A stretch of DNA of 64,000 nt from Octopus sinensis (Eukaryota): positions 13,144,001 to 13,208,000 of the forward strand of contig NC_043024.1 of the NCBI RefSeq assembly GCF_006345805.1, read 5' to 3'. The notes beneath the pieces were generated by a model, which saw nothing but the letters and a program-made list of their open reading frames with translations, searched no databases and was not told the DNA's origin. Both the position numbers and the translations under genes were made by a program. The number at the start of each line of letters is the position of its first letter. Within the stretch, counting starts at the first letter, position 1. Of this stretch, positions 25,960-38,709 are shown piece after piece.

Positions 25960-27310
25960 GTTGAAAGACATTTATATCTACAGCTAATTATGACATTAAG
26001 TAAGCTATTTTTGTGAGTACGGAGTTTATGGATCGATTTCTGCGTGCATAAACTGCAATTTTTAGCGTATGTATTATATGATGTGGTTTCCGTTTATTAT
26101 AGACCAATCTAGACTAAATTCTTTATTGTGCATTTTTAATTTATTGATGTGGGTACCTAGATTATTGGAACTTTTTGTTTCGTGATTAGTAAATGAGTTT
26201 GTGTGCGCCCTATATCTAATTTTAAAATCAGTCGTACAATCTATGTAAATATTTTTAGGTTCATTAAGGGTTGAAATTCAACTTTATATGCGACATTTCT
26301 CCCTAAATATAAACCTGTTAGGGGACAAAACTCCCTATTACGACAATTTCATGTTTCATTTACAGGTTTTGCCTTTCTATTTTTAATATCAGGGTTTTTA
26401 TTATTATTATTCCTATTACACTCGGCTAAATCATCATCTCTGTTAATGTTGTTATTTCTAATTTTAAGTCTATTGTTAGCGGCCATTATAGATCCTAGAT
26501 TGGGTGTGGTTGAGAAAGATAATTTAAGACAGGGTCTATCAAATATGGAGTGATATTTATGACCTAGTGGAAAGTTGCTATCGATAATGCTAACAGAAAT
26601 TTAGGGAGGTTTCCGACTTGGAAAGAAAAGTGGGGAGTGAACGATATAAATTCCCGTCTCCTCCCTGATTTGTTCCTATTCTGCCCAGTATAGTTATTGT
26701 TATTATAATTGAATGTGGAGGTGCAATGGCCCAGTGGTTAGGGCAGCGGACTCGCGGTCATAGGATCGCGGTTTCGATTCCCAGACCGTGCGTTGTGAGT
26801 GTTTATTGAGCGAACACACCTAAAGCTCCACGAGGCTCCGGCAGTGGATGGTGGTGATCCCTGCTGTACTCTTTCACCACAACTTTCTCTCACTCTTACT
26901 TCCTGTTTCTGTTGTACCTGTATTTCAAGGGGCCGGCCTTGTCACTCTCTGTGTCACGCTGAGTATCCCCGAGAACTACGTTAAGGGTGCACGTGTCTGT
27001 GGAGTGCTCAGCCACTTACACGTTAATTTCACGAGCAGGCTGTTCCGTTGTATAAATTGAATAAATTATAGTATCTTCTAAAATGTTGTTGGCTTCTATA
27101 TACGGTGGGGTCGTTCATGGGAGGTGTGTCGATGTTTGAATTCGCAATATTGAGAAACCGTTTGCCTAATTTGTTTTTAATTATTGTGTTCTTAATATAA
27201 CATTTTTTTCTCTTGAATCCAGTGTCTTTTAATGCTGTTTTATAAAGAGGTGCAAAATCATCGAAGATCTTTTCGTTTGCGGATAAATTAGATATTCTTA
27301 TCGCCATACC
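25960..27310 (-). mobile_element. Penelope-like element relic (RT thumb/linker and GIY-YIG endonuclease)
   Basis: Minus-strand peptides RISNLSANEKIFDDFAPLYKTALKDTGF; RRREFISFTPHFS; IDSNFPLGHKYHSIFDRPCLKLSFSTTPNLGSIMAANN; NIYIDCTTDFKIRYRAHTNSF; LDWSII; NCSLC...LLN...CRYK match conserved PLE motifs in order; stops and frameshifts present. Confidence 0.85.
26715..27050 (+). mobile_element. Family B1 SINE inserted in the Penelope relic
   Basis: A box tggcccagtgg, B box gtttcgattcc; TSD-like tataattgaat / tataaattgaat; lacks the last few tens of nt of the B1 tail. Confidence 0.9.
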
Positions 27311-27738
27311 TGTGATTATCCCCTTAACGACGCTATATAAATACGTCTGTATATATGTGTGTGTGTGTGTGTATAAGAGAGAGAGAGAGAGATTTTATTT
27401 TTAGATATTGTTTTTCAATTTTATACATTTTGCTTTGCATACAGCCTCTTTGAAGTTTATTAGAACTGAAAACAAAACAAAACAGAAACTCTGTTGGAAA
27501 ATAAGCTGTCCCAAAATGGAATTCTAATGCTTCCTATTCTGTTGAATTCGAGTTTTCATGCCACATTGGGAACAATTTAACGTGTGTCCTTGTTTTTATC
27601 TTCATATTGTGTCTATTAATGGTTAAACATTATTTAAGACTAATCGTGTTTAAGTGTTTTGAGGATACGTGTGGAGGCAGTGAATCGTTTATCTGAGATA
27701 ATTTATATACACGTGTGTCTCTGTATGTGCATATATAT

Positions 27739-27815
<77 letters not shown>

Positions 27816-28343
27816 ATGTGTGGGCACGTACTGTTTTATGTGTCTGTGTGCATGGCCGCCATTCAAAGAATGAGAGCAATAAAAGTATGTGCATTTCAAT
27901 AAATAGGCATAGAAACACATATACATACATATATACACTCGCGCACACATACATATATATGTGTGTATATATACATACATATATCTATATCTATATATAC
28001 ATATACACACGTGCATATATTTACAGAGAGAGGTACAGATAAAGAGAAAGAAGTAGGATATATAAATATATATAATACACATATATACATATCTTATGAG
28101 CCTAGAGAATAACTTCTATTGAAATAATTGGCCACCAGTTAACGCTGGAGGGGGAATAAAAGCAAACAATTTATTAAATAACCATACTATAATTTATTAT
28201 CACATTCATCAGGATTTTCAGATAGACGTTCGCCGAAGTAATGGCGGAAACTTTTAGGTCTTTCTTCCACTTTTAATTTGGCGTTCGCTTCCATTGTTGA
28301 TATTTTTTCTTGTTGCTCATTTTAAAAATTATCTATATACGTA

Positions 28344-28379
<36 letters not shown>

Positions 28380-28445
28380 ATATGCCTATGTATTGATGTA
28401 TAATATGCAATTATGGCAGTGTATGTAAATAAAAATATATATATG

Positions 28446-28690
28446 TGTAGTTATATGTACAAATATATATCTATAATTATATGTAATATGTAACTACGTA
28501 CGTGCACGTGTGTATATATATATATATATATATATGTAGTTATATGTACAAATATATATCTATAATTATATGTAATATGTAACTGTGCACGTGTATATAT
28601 ATATATATATATATGTACAAATATATATCTATAATTATATGTAATATGTAACTATGTACGTGCACGTGTATATATATATACATATATATG
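28446..28690. repeat. Tandem repeat of about 75-85 bp, three copies
   Basis: atatgtacaaatatatatctataattatatgtaatatgtaact...gtgcacgtg occurs three times. Confidence 0.85.
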
Positions 28691-29170
28691 TCTGTGTGTG
28701 TGTCTGTGTGTGTTTGTCTATGGATGATTGTGTAGTTATGTGTTATTTTGTTCCAGTTTTGCAGTTGTTGTTGTTGCTATTGTTGTTCTCATTATTCCTG
28801 GATTTACCAATTTATGAATTACGATTCTGAAATACAACATACTCTCTGATTGCAGCCCCCTCTATTTACTCCCAAACCTATTTACAGAAATTCCACAAAT
28901 ACCAAAATTTAAAGGAGCCGCTTCTATTCGTTGTTTCTTTCCCTCTTTATTGTTGCTCATTTTGTTGTGGTTTTCGTTTAGTTCTTCTTCGTGGCGCTGC
29001 TAATTGCAAGAATGGTGGAGATGGTAGTTGTGCTGGTACGTGTTGATTGGTGACGACAATCTGTTAATGAATATTCCATTAATTGCACGAGTCATTCCTT
29101 TGTCTTATGAACGGTTCTATAGGAATATAGATACTTCCCTATACATACATACACTCTTACCTACTGAGCA

Positions 29171-29232
<62 letters not shown>

Positions 29233-29234
29233 CA

Positions 29235-29435
29235 TTTATAATTAGGGTTCAGCATACCGAAGTTTAGAAATAGCAGCCAAAAAACCTTAGCTTTTTCTTC
29301 TACTTTAAAAAGGGACTCCCAGAAAACCAAGTGAGTCCCTTTTTAAAGTAGAAGAAATAGCAAAGGTTTTTTTGACTGCTATTTCTAAACTTCGGTATGT
29401 GGTAAAGCAAATATTTGCTGAACCCTAATTATAAA
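29235..29435. other. Fold-back inverted repeat (about 85-bp arms, 14-nt loop)
   Basis: tttataattagggttcagca...agggactc / gagtccct...tgctgaaccctaattataaa; the right arm carries about 16 extra nt. Confidence 0.85.
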
Positions 29436-30054
29436 GTATTACTTAAGTTTACCGTGAAATGGTCCTTATTCATGCCGAATTCTACTTGGTGAAATTATTG
29501 ATTACTTCTTAATTAATTTTACCCTTTGTTATTATATATATATATATATATATACATATATATGTAGGTATATATACTTATATATACATGTATATATACA
29601 TATACGGTGTCACGTGGTGAGCTGTTGTGGTTAAGTATCCTATTACTGCTCTTGGAACATACAATGCAAAGGTCCAAACAAGCACAATCGGGAAACGTAC
29701 GTAAGAACAATTATAAACTTGTGTTTTTCGTAATTTCTTCATTTGAGCATACGAAATTTTATACACCTACACATATAAGCATACATGATAAATCTACACA
29801 CACATAAGCATGCATAATACACACATAATGTGGTAAGAGCTTACTTTCCAACCACATGATTGCGGGTTATATATATATATATATATATATACATACACAA
29901 GCAGAAGGATCCGGGTTCACTCAGGTTACAAACTCATAGCCCTAACACAGTACTCTTTGCTTGTAGTGTAATTTGACACCTTCCTTCTAGGCATGGTTAG
30001 GTATATGTTTCGTAAAGTGGCCGATTTTACCTCGGTGTAAAATCATTTTTTACC

Positions 30055-30348
30055 ACATTCAACATATCTGACCTCCAAACTCGCCCCAAGCTCCATTTTT
30101 TCCGGAAAAGAAAGGGTGGAGTTGTGTTTCGCGGGTTTTTGTTGTTCTTTTCCGGGTTATTTCGCATATTTTCAACGAATGTGACATCGAAATCACGCGT
30201 AAAGGAAAGATTACTAACATGTGACGGCTATTTGCGATAAAGGATTCGCCAATATTTCGCTGTGAAATAATTGTTTGACCTTTCCCCACCGTTGTACTCC
30301 GGAAAAAAGAGGCTTGCGGCGTGTCCGGAGGTCAGATATGTTGAATGT
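30055..30348. mobile_element. MITE-like element
   Basis: Perfect 22-bp TIR acattcaacatatctgacctcc / ggaggtcagatatgttgaatgt, extending imperfectly to about 65 bp; no ORF; no clear TSD. Confidence 0.7.
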
Positions 30349-30634
30349 ACTAAAAAATAAATAAATAACTCATTAAATAGTTTATTTAACACGGAGATAT
30401 GAATGGATGCTGTACCAATGTTGGTACGTTTACCCATGGTTATTTACTGATACACAAATACACTGGTACAGCGTTTATATTTAGCCCTTCAACATTTCTA
30501 ACATTTTGTTTGTGTGTCGCTGTACACAAATACACCGGTACGCAACATTGTAAACAAGAAAAATAGCTGTAATAATATTTTTGGTACCCGACATCGTTAC
30601 AACGGTAAACGCTAAACAGAATGGTTGACAAACA

Positions 30635-30766
30635 CTTTTCTACTCTAGGCACAAGGCCCAAAATTTCTGGATAGGGGACAGTCGATTAGTTCACCCTCAG
30701 TGTGTAACTGGTATTTAATTTATCGACCCTGAAATGATGAAAAACCAAAGTCGACCTCGACGGAAT
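30635..30766 (-). mobile_element. Family C (C2 tail) 3' fragment
   Basis: cttttctactctaggcacaaggcccaaaattt...aaagtcgacctcgacggaat. Confidence 0.75.
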
Positions 30767-31324
30767 AGTATGGCTAACAGAATGAAGAGAGAATGAAAGG
30801 TCGTCGTGGTGTTTGTGTGTCCCTATTGCTGAAGCCTTCCCTGTTTATGGAGTGTAGACAATCGACGATGTTATCCGCTGTTCATGAGTCTGACCTGTCT
30901 TTCCTGCTTTACCCCAGTTGGGTCTCTGCTTTTGCGGTTTCGCCTCATCATCCCTCCTCCTGCTAATTTTAGGACGTCTTCGACTCGCTCGTGTGTTTCA
31001 CATCCGGAACCGCTGTTCAATGCGTAGGTCCCTTGATGAGATGTCTTCTTCAAGAATGTATTATTGACTTTGATTTCTCCGCTTCGCTTCAGTCACTTTG
31101 CTCCTCTTGCCGGTAGGAGTGTCGGCACAATGCAAAGTCGAGGATGGGTGAATCTAAGACGGACAGAATCCTGAGAGCTATGCCTTGAATCCATTGGGCA
31201 CAGCTCTCAGGGTTATTGACGCATATAAATCAACACGTTGCAACGAGAACTGATCCGCGAAGTGGATCTGTCTGTCTACACACACGCATTTATGTGTGGT
31301 GTGCATACATAAATGTATCCATCC

Positions 31325-31371
<47 letters not shown>

Positions 31372-31439
31372 CTATGGGCTCCGTGTGGGCAGTCATCTAA
31401 AAGTTTTTGTTCATCTTGATATTGACATAAGTTCCTTGT

Positions 31440-31686
31440 TTTTCCTGATGAGAAATTAGGAATATGCAGCCTTCAAAACATGTCGAGAATAAAGGAATTC
31501 TGCTAAATCGTCGTTCAACTCCATTCTTTCATTTATTTGTATTTAAAAAAACACACAAATTTCCACACGAAAGCATGTGATCTCTGCCCTTGGCATGTAG
31601 CTTCAACCGTGTTTTTCTGACGTGAATTTGCTACCCAGGTATCGGTTAACCGAATTATCCATAATAAGACAATTCATTCAACTACT
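31440..31686 (+). mobile_element. Hammerhead-like motif plus about 190-bp dispersed repeat (pLTR-like)
   Basis: ttttc-CTGATGA...AAAAC-ACATGT-C-gagaa, then AATAAA; 31500-31686 recurs inverted at 50778-50962. Confidence 0.55.
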
Positions 31687-31687
31687 C

Positions 31688-31723
<36 letters not shown>

Positions 31724-32448
31724 GTACATAGATATACGTACATGTATATATAAGCCTGTGTTTGTGTGTATGCTTGCGTGTTAGCTGTGTGAATGTCTGA
31801 ATGATGTTCGTCTGTTTCGCTTTAAGACTTGGTGTCTCTGTGTTCTACGCCATATTTTATGAGTAATAACTAAAAATCAAAAACGTAAAAGTAAACAAAT
31901 AAAATAGAAACGGGGCAAGACAGCGAACAACAATAAGATTCATACAACATTTTAGTACGAATATTGTTGTTGGTATGAAAGCAATTAATATATAATAAGT
32001 AAATCACCCCCGGACACTTCACCAATCAATTATGCCGTTACGATATATATTTTTTTCTTTTTACTCAATATTTCGCCATTTCAGCTCACTAAAAAATGTC
32101 AAAAATTATAAATAATTGATTAAAAATTTCTACGAAGTTTTCCTTGCAGAATCGCTCTTTTGGTTGGTTTTTTTTTTGTTTTTTGGCCGTAGATTAGGCC
32201 TTGATAGGATATATAGACCTATAATCTTATTTTTATTATCTTGGTAATTCTTTTCAATGACTAAATTGTCTGATTTTGTTTTATCTCATCATCACTGGTC
32301 AATCTAGATATAAATTATTCGGTGTGAGCTGGCTTTAATTAAGAATGCAGCGAGTGTCTTTCGAGGTATTACGTTGGTATTCGCCGTCGAGTTCCCACTT
32401 ATGTTGTCAGAGGAGTTACAACAACAAACAATATGGCCTTCTCAATCA

Positions 32449-32834
32449 TGTGGAAGCACTCCGTCGGTTACGACGATGAGGGTTCCGGTTGATCCGATCA
32501 ACGGAACAGCCTGCTCGTGAAATTAACGTGCAAGTGGCTGAGCACTCCACAGACACGTGTACCCTTAACGTAGTTCTCTGGGATACTCAGCGTGACACAG
32601 AGAGTGACAAGGCCGGCCCTTTGAAATACAGGTACAACAGAAACAGGAAGTAAGAGTGAGAGAAAGTTGTGGTGAAAGAGTACAGCAGGGATCACCACCA
32701 TCCCCTGCCGGAGACTCGTGGAGCTTTAGGTGCTTTCGCTCAATAAACACTCACAACACCCGGTCTGCGAATCGAAACCGCGATCCTACGACCGCGAGTC
32801 CGCTGCCCTAACCACTGGGCCACTGCGCCTCCAC
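32449..32834 (-). mobile_element. Family B1 SINE, full length with TSD
   Basis: Complete head and tail (...gtcgtaaccgacggagtgcttccaca); direct repeat tctcaatca at 32440 and 32835. Confidence 0.92.
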
Positions 32835-33965
32835 TCTCAATCACACCTCCTCTCTGAGCTCCGAGTCTCACCAATGTACAATATGTTCATCCTTTCAGTA
32901 TCAATAAAGAAGGGAACCAGTCCAGGGAAGAGGAGTAGTCCACCGAGATATCTTGTATTTGTTCTATGATGAGGGAACTGATAAATGTTTATTTGATCTG
33001 TTAAACACAACAGCCAAATTGCCAAAAAATCATACCCCATCATTAAAAATGTCGGATAATAACGTACAGTATACAGTCTGTAAGAAATAGACGAGATGGT
33101 CTTCAATGGAACTCTTTTAGTCAAAGGTCACCTCGAGATGACCTGACATAAGCCACAAACGCGTTGTGCAGAAGTACCAAGCGCTACTATCTCGACCACT
33201 ATTTTCAGACATCTTCCACAGTTGTTTGTTACTGTTTGATAATTCTTGGGCTGCTCCCGAGATACGAAACTGCCAAGCCAAAATTTCGCTCATTGTTTAT
33301 CTAAGACAACACTATCTAATGTGACCTTTATTTTGGTTATCGCTACTGTTGGCATGTATCGTGTGGCGATCCCGAATCGAACAACCTAAAACCGACTAGT
33401 CTGTCCTTTTCTTTAGACATTTAAGATGGTAGGATGCAAGATGTGAGGGAAATTTGGCAACTATTTTGACTAAGTAGATTTCTCAATATTAAATTTTTCC
33501 TCAAACTTCTCTCCATTCCCGTCTACAAAAATATATTTTGTGGGTATAGATGGATATCTATGGATATATCTATGGGTGGATAAGGCAAACATTGGTTCAT
33601 TTCCTGACAGAATGATTTCCTGTATTTTTTCACGAATTTCCAGCACTGAAGGAAAATATTTATTCCCACTTAAAGCTGGATGTTGAGTTAGAACCCAAAG
33701 TACTGCGTTAGTTGCCATGAAAGTAAGTTTCGTATTGGATTTTGGTGCATACAAGCACCCTTTTATACATCGCTAGCCGCAGTTCAAATAGAGCCGAGGA
33801 CAGCTCTAACTTCCATATATTCAAAGACGAGAAATAACGTATCAATCACGTGCTGGGTTCTAGTATATACCCTTTCTCTTTCTTTATGGATTTTACTTGG
33901 AAAATCGAGAACATTACTCAGGATGATATGCGGTTTCTGCAAGAGATTTATGTTAAAGTGTTCGT

Positions 33966-34152
33966 CTCCCACAACATCGCTTGACAACCGATGCTGCTGT
34001 GTTTACGTCCCCGTAACTTAGCGGTTCGGTAAAAAAAGACCGATAGAATAAGTATAGGCTTACAAAGAATAAGTCTTGGGGTCGATTTGCTTGACTAAAA
34101 GACGGTGCTCCAGCATGGCTGCAGTCAAATGAAAGAAACGAGTAAAAGAGTA
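33966..34152 (+). mobile_element. Family A SINE 3' half
   Basis: catcgcttgacaaccgatgctg...gcagtcaaatgaaagaaacgagtaaaagagta. Confidence 0.85.
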
Positions 34153-34731
34153 CACAAATATGTGTGTAGACGTATATATAAGGGCTACATGAATATGTAT
34201 GTCTAAATATACATGTATACATATATACTGTTGGTATGTATATACATGCATATTCAAATGCAGAATATTATGTCTCTATATGATGTATTTTCTATGTGGT
34301 TGCGCCCGTTTATGTACGCATACAGCTAAATAATTATACTTCAGTACACTAAACATACACACAGATACGCATTACACACACACACATATATGATTCTTTA
34401 CGTGAATGTGTGTCTTTGTGAATGTGTTTCTATTAATTGCGTATACGTTATATGTTATGTGCGTGTGTGATGTGTAAGAAGTGCTGCATGGGAGTCAGTC
34501 TCTGGTCTTTAATAGGATACCTGTGCGTGATAATTACAATTAGTGTTTCACGTGAATTGGGTGTATATCAAACGAAGATGGCTGCCAAGTTATATAAGGA
34601 GCCCTTACTAACTGCATACCATGCAAATTGAAAATATATAGGAGAAGAAACGGGAAGGCGTTGGACAGGTTTTCGTGTATACATACCTATATGCATATAT
34701 ATGTGTGTGTGTGTGTTTGTGTGTATATATA

Positions 34732-34780
<49 letters not shown>

Positions 34781-34982
34781 TGCCTATATATATATATATA
34801 TATATATATATGCATGCCTCTATAAATATATGTACATATATCTATTATATATACATATAGCTATTATATATACATATATATATATGCATATATATATATA
34901 TGTGTATATGTAATATATATATACATTTATATGAGTATATGTAACATATATATATATATACATTTATATGAGCATATTTAAC

Positions 34983-35037
<55 letters not shown>

Positions 35038-36151
35038 ATGTAGTATATATGTACATATATATGTGTGTATATGTAATATAAACACGTATATATAGTATAT
35101 ATATATGTAGTACAAATATACAGAAGTGTAATAAAATGTGACATGTATAGTATTTCGAATAGAAGTACGCAATACATACATGTGCACACACCCACATACA
35201 CACATGAAACACACACATGTATATTTGCAGATATGAATGTATTTATATAAACAGATACGCATTAACATGCGTAAATATTTGATCACACGAAGGAAACCCA
35301 CCAAAATGGAAGAACCTGCCATTCTACCATTCTTCAACGCTCATAGAATATAAACTGAGGAAAGAAGGAAAAGAAGAAAACTAGCATTCAGTTGCGAAGA
35401 CGTAGTTATATCACATGACTTCGGAACATAATTACTCTCTTCTCGTTATCTTTATTAATACAATAGTCGTGTTCTTGCTGCTATCGTCGTTGTTGTTGTT
35501 GTATAGAGTCGAGTTATTTTTCGTTGCTTCTTTTTGTTTTGTTTTTTTAAATATTCCTTCTTTTTTTCGTTGTTCTATATATCATATATTATTTCTATTC
35601 CTACCTTTAACGAAAGAATGTCTTTTCTGCATGTCTTGGACATGAGAAGAAATATTATTACAAGCAAACGTTTAATCGATTTTGATTTTTCTTTTTCATT
35701 TTCTTTTCTGATGTTTTTTTTTTCTCTTCCGAAGCCGAAACCGAAAAAATAATGAACGTTTCTTTCTATTAACCATGTTGTTCTTGCAACCCTAACTACT
35801 ACTACTACTACTACTAACTACTACTACTTATGCAATCGTGAAGACATTTTTTCCTTCCATACCTTAATATATTTTGTGAACGTCTAAAAATAGTTCAAGG
35901 TTAACTAATTCTAGTTTTACGTAATAATCTCCTCAGAACGTGCTTGTGTTTATAGCTTTCGGTAAACTATCGAGTTCGTCGCTAAACCTGCTCCGGTGTA
36001 TCTATCTCACTGCATCAATTATAAATTAGGCAATGCAATATACGTTGCTCATTTAATCATTTCGTTTCGTTAATAAACGAAGCTCTATCTTTATTAAAAA
36101 AACCTTTCACCCATTTTTCCTTTTGAAACGCGTATCTGCAATGAAATATTC

Positions 36152-36361
36152 TTTTCTACTCTAGGCAGAACGCCAAAATTCTTGTGGACCGGGCTAGTTG
36201 ATTAGATCGACCCCAGTGCGCAACTGTCACTTTATTTATCGACCTCGAAAGGATGCAAGTTGACCTCGGCGGAATTTTATCTCAGAATGTAAAGACAGAC
36301 GAAATACTGCTAAGCATTTCTCCCGGCATGCTAACGTTTCTGCCAGCTCACCGCCTCATCA
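36152..36361 (-). mobile_element. Family C (C2 tail) SINE, full length with TSD
   Basis: Head-to-tail copy flanked by the 14-bp direct repeat gcaatgaaatattc (36138 and 36362). Confidence 0.88.
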
Positions 36362-36444
36362 GCAATGAAATATTCCAAAAGACAAAACTATAACCATCTT
36401 TCCTCCTAGTTTATCTTTCTGCAGGAGATTATGATCAAACGAGT

Positions 36445-36640
36445 AAGAGAGTGATTTGGCAGAACAGTTTGCGCGTCTGACAAAATGGGTTCATTACATT
36501 TTGGGTTCCATTTCCGCTACGTTCGATTTCATTTTTCATCCTTTCAGGGTCGATAAAATAAGTACCAGATGAGTACGGGATGACTGTAAACGACTTAACC
36601 ACCTCCACTAACAATTACTAATCTTGGTACCAACATTTGC
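36445..36640 (+). mobile_element. Decayed family C SINE
   Basis: ttggcagaac...ttcatcctttcagggtcgataaaataagtaccag; another decayed copy lies at about 37120-37340. Confidence 0.65.
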
Positions 36641-37837
36641 AGCATTAATGATACGGGTGAGCAGGGCTAATGTTTGTTCATGGGAAGAACCATTAAGTTG
36701 TGAGTGAAGGTGGTTTGCATTATTTATTCCGACTTTCTATATTCCGAGTTCAAATCCCGTTGAAACAGAAGCTTTTCATCACTAACAGGCAGAATTCTCA
36801 TCAGAGATCTGTGATCAAATCTCTTTATTTCACTAAAGATCGTTTAGAGATTAATTATATCTGTACTTTTAAGAAAAGTTGTTTTTATACATTGATATCT
36901 TCAGACTTTTGTCTTCATTCTGCTTCTTCCTGTCGCGATGTTTCACACTGTTTTAGCCATTATCTCCTCCAGCATTTATTGCTTGTCAGCACACTAACCG
37001 TAGGTGTTATTTGAGGGAGGTTGCCTGCTATTTCTGAACAGCAGTGAGTTAGCCACTGGCTCATATTACCATCGAGTGGACAATACTGTATTATGTAGCA
37101 TTTGACAGCTTAATCAAAATGGATTAGTAGAATCCCCTACGCATCAGACTAAAAGACATGTAGTAATTTTAAATCTGTCTTTACGTTCTGAGTCGAAATT
37201 CTGCCGATCCTCAGAGGTCGTCTTTGCATGTCATCTCATTGAGGGCGATAAAGTAATCACCTGTAAAGCACGGGCGTCGATATAATCAACTTGCGTCCCG
37301 CGCCCACGAAATTACTGGCCTTGTGTCAAAATTTGAAACCGGTGACCTGGTAAAATCGATATTACATTGGACAAAACCCTCAGCGGCATTAAAAGTGCAG
37401 GGTTTCATATTACATCATCGATCATAAATATTTTGGAGGAAGACAGACACTCAAAACGACTTTCATTTTATAACAAACGCTAGAATAAATCCTGTTTATT
37501 CTCATTTGTTGTTTCTATAGAAGAACAATTAAGCCATCTTAATTAATAACCGTCATGTTAATTAGTTACAAATTATTATCAAATTAGTCACGCAAAATTA
37601 TGTCACATATATTGGTGTTTTGAGTAATGAGAGCTGAACTTAACATCCATATAGTGATTTTGATATCATTTGCTGTGATTAGTAGAAACATTTTCTAAAA
37701 TCAAAACGAAAAGATTTCGAGAAGTTGACGAGAAATTCTAACCTGAAAGCTCGCTTACGTCGTTGTTTGTGAGCGTCATGAGTCAGTATCTGTAACTGGT
37801 TAACCGATTCCATTACACATGTATATGCATATATATT

Positions 37838-37872
<35 letters not shown>

Positions 37873-38036
37873 GCAAGCATTTTGTTGGGAATTACGCGTT
37901 TGGTACCGAAAACAAATACAGACTGTTGGAATATTCTCTTCAAAACCTGTGTGAAATATAAACATAACAGGCTGGATATTGTTGTTTGGGACAGAAGGGC
38001 AAAGGTATGTACCCTCACAAAGGTCAGCTGCTCTGC

Positions 38037-38069
<33 letters not shown>

Positions 38070-38078
<9 letters not shown>

Positions 38079-38709
38079 ATTGGTGAATTGAAGAAATGGA
38101 GCTGAACGCAGATTGAACAGAAATCGTTTTATTTCATTCTACACGTGTTTCGAAAGGCACAAATTACCAAAATCCGATTGAATAATGGGACCATATTGTG
38201 TCTTTCTCTTCAGGAAGAAAAAAGGAAATCCGTTGGAAAAACAAAAACAGAACAGAGGCAGAGCAAAAAACAAATCGAACTGTGCTCCTAAGAGCCCATG
38301 GCGAAACTGTTTATCAGTGTAACACTGATAAACAGTTTCGCCATGGGCTCTTAGGAGCACAGTTCGATTTGTTTTTTGCTCTGCCTCTGTTCTGTTTTTG
38401 TTTTTCCAACGGATTTCCTTTTTTCTTCCTGAAGAGAAAGACACAATATGGTCCCATTATTCAATCGATTTTTGTAATTTTGCCTTTCGAAACACGTGTA
38501 GAATGAAATAAAACGATTTCTGTTCAATCTGCGTTCAGCTCCATTTCTTCAATTCACCAATAATGTTTTAATTTCAATTATCCGCACCAACGCACGGTTG
38601 CACAACGCCAGATGGTTGTACCTCCAACCGTGCTGTTCACTGCTGTGATTTTTGCTACTAAGGTATCGTTAAACTTTTGATTAATCTACTACAAGATTAT
38701 TCATCTTTC

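Noticed and set aside
36330-36365. Minus-strand CTGATGA...GAAACGTT resembling a hammerhead
   Set aside because: Juxtaposition of the family C SINE head with its 5' junction; no stem I or convincing stem II.
38139-38506. Two ORFs on opposite strands encoding nearly the same 101-102 aa peptide
   Set aside because: A direct consequence of the palindrome; no coding signal.
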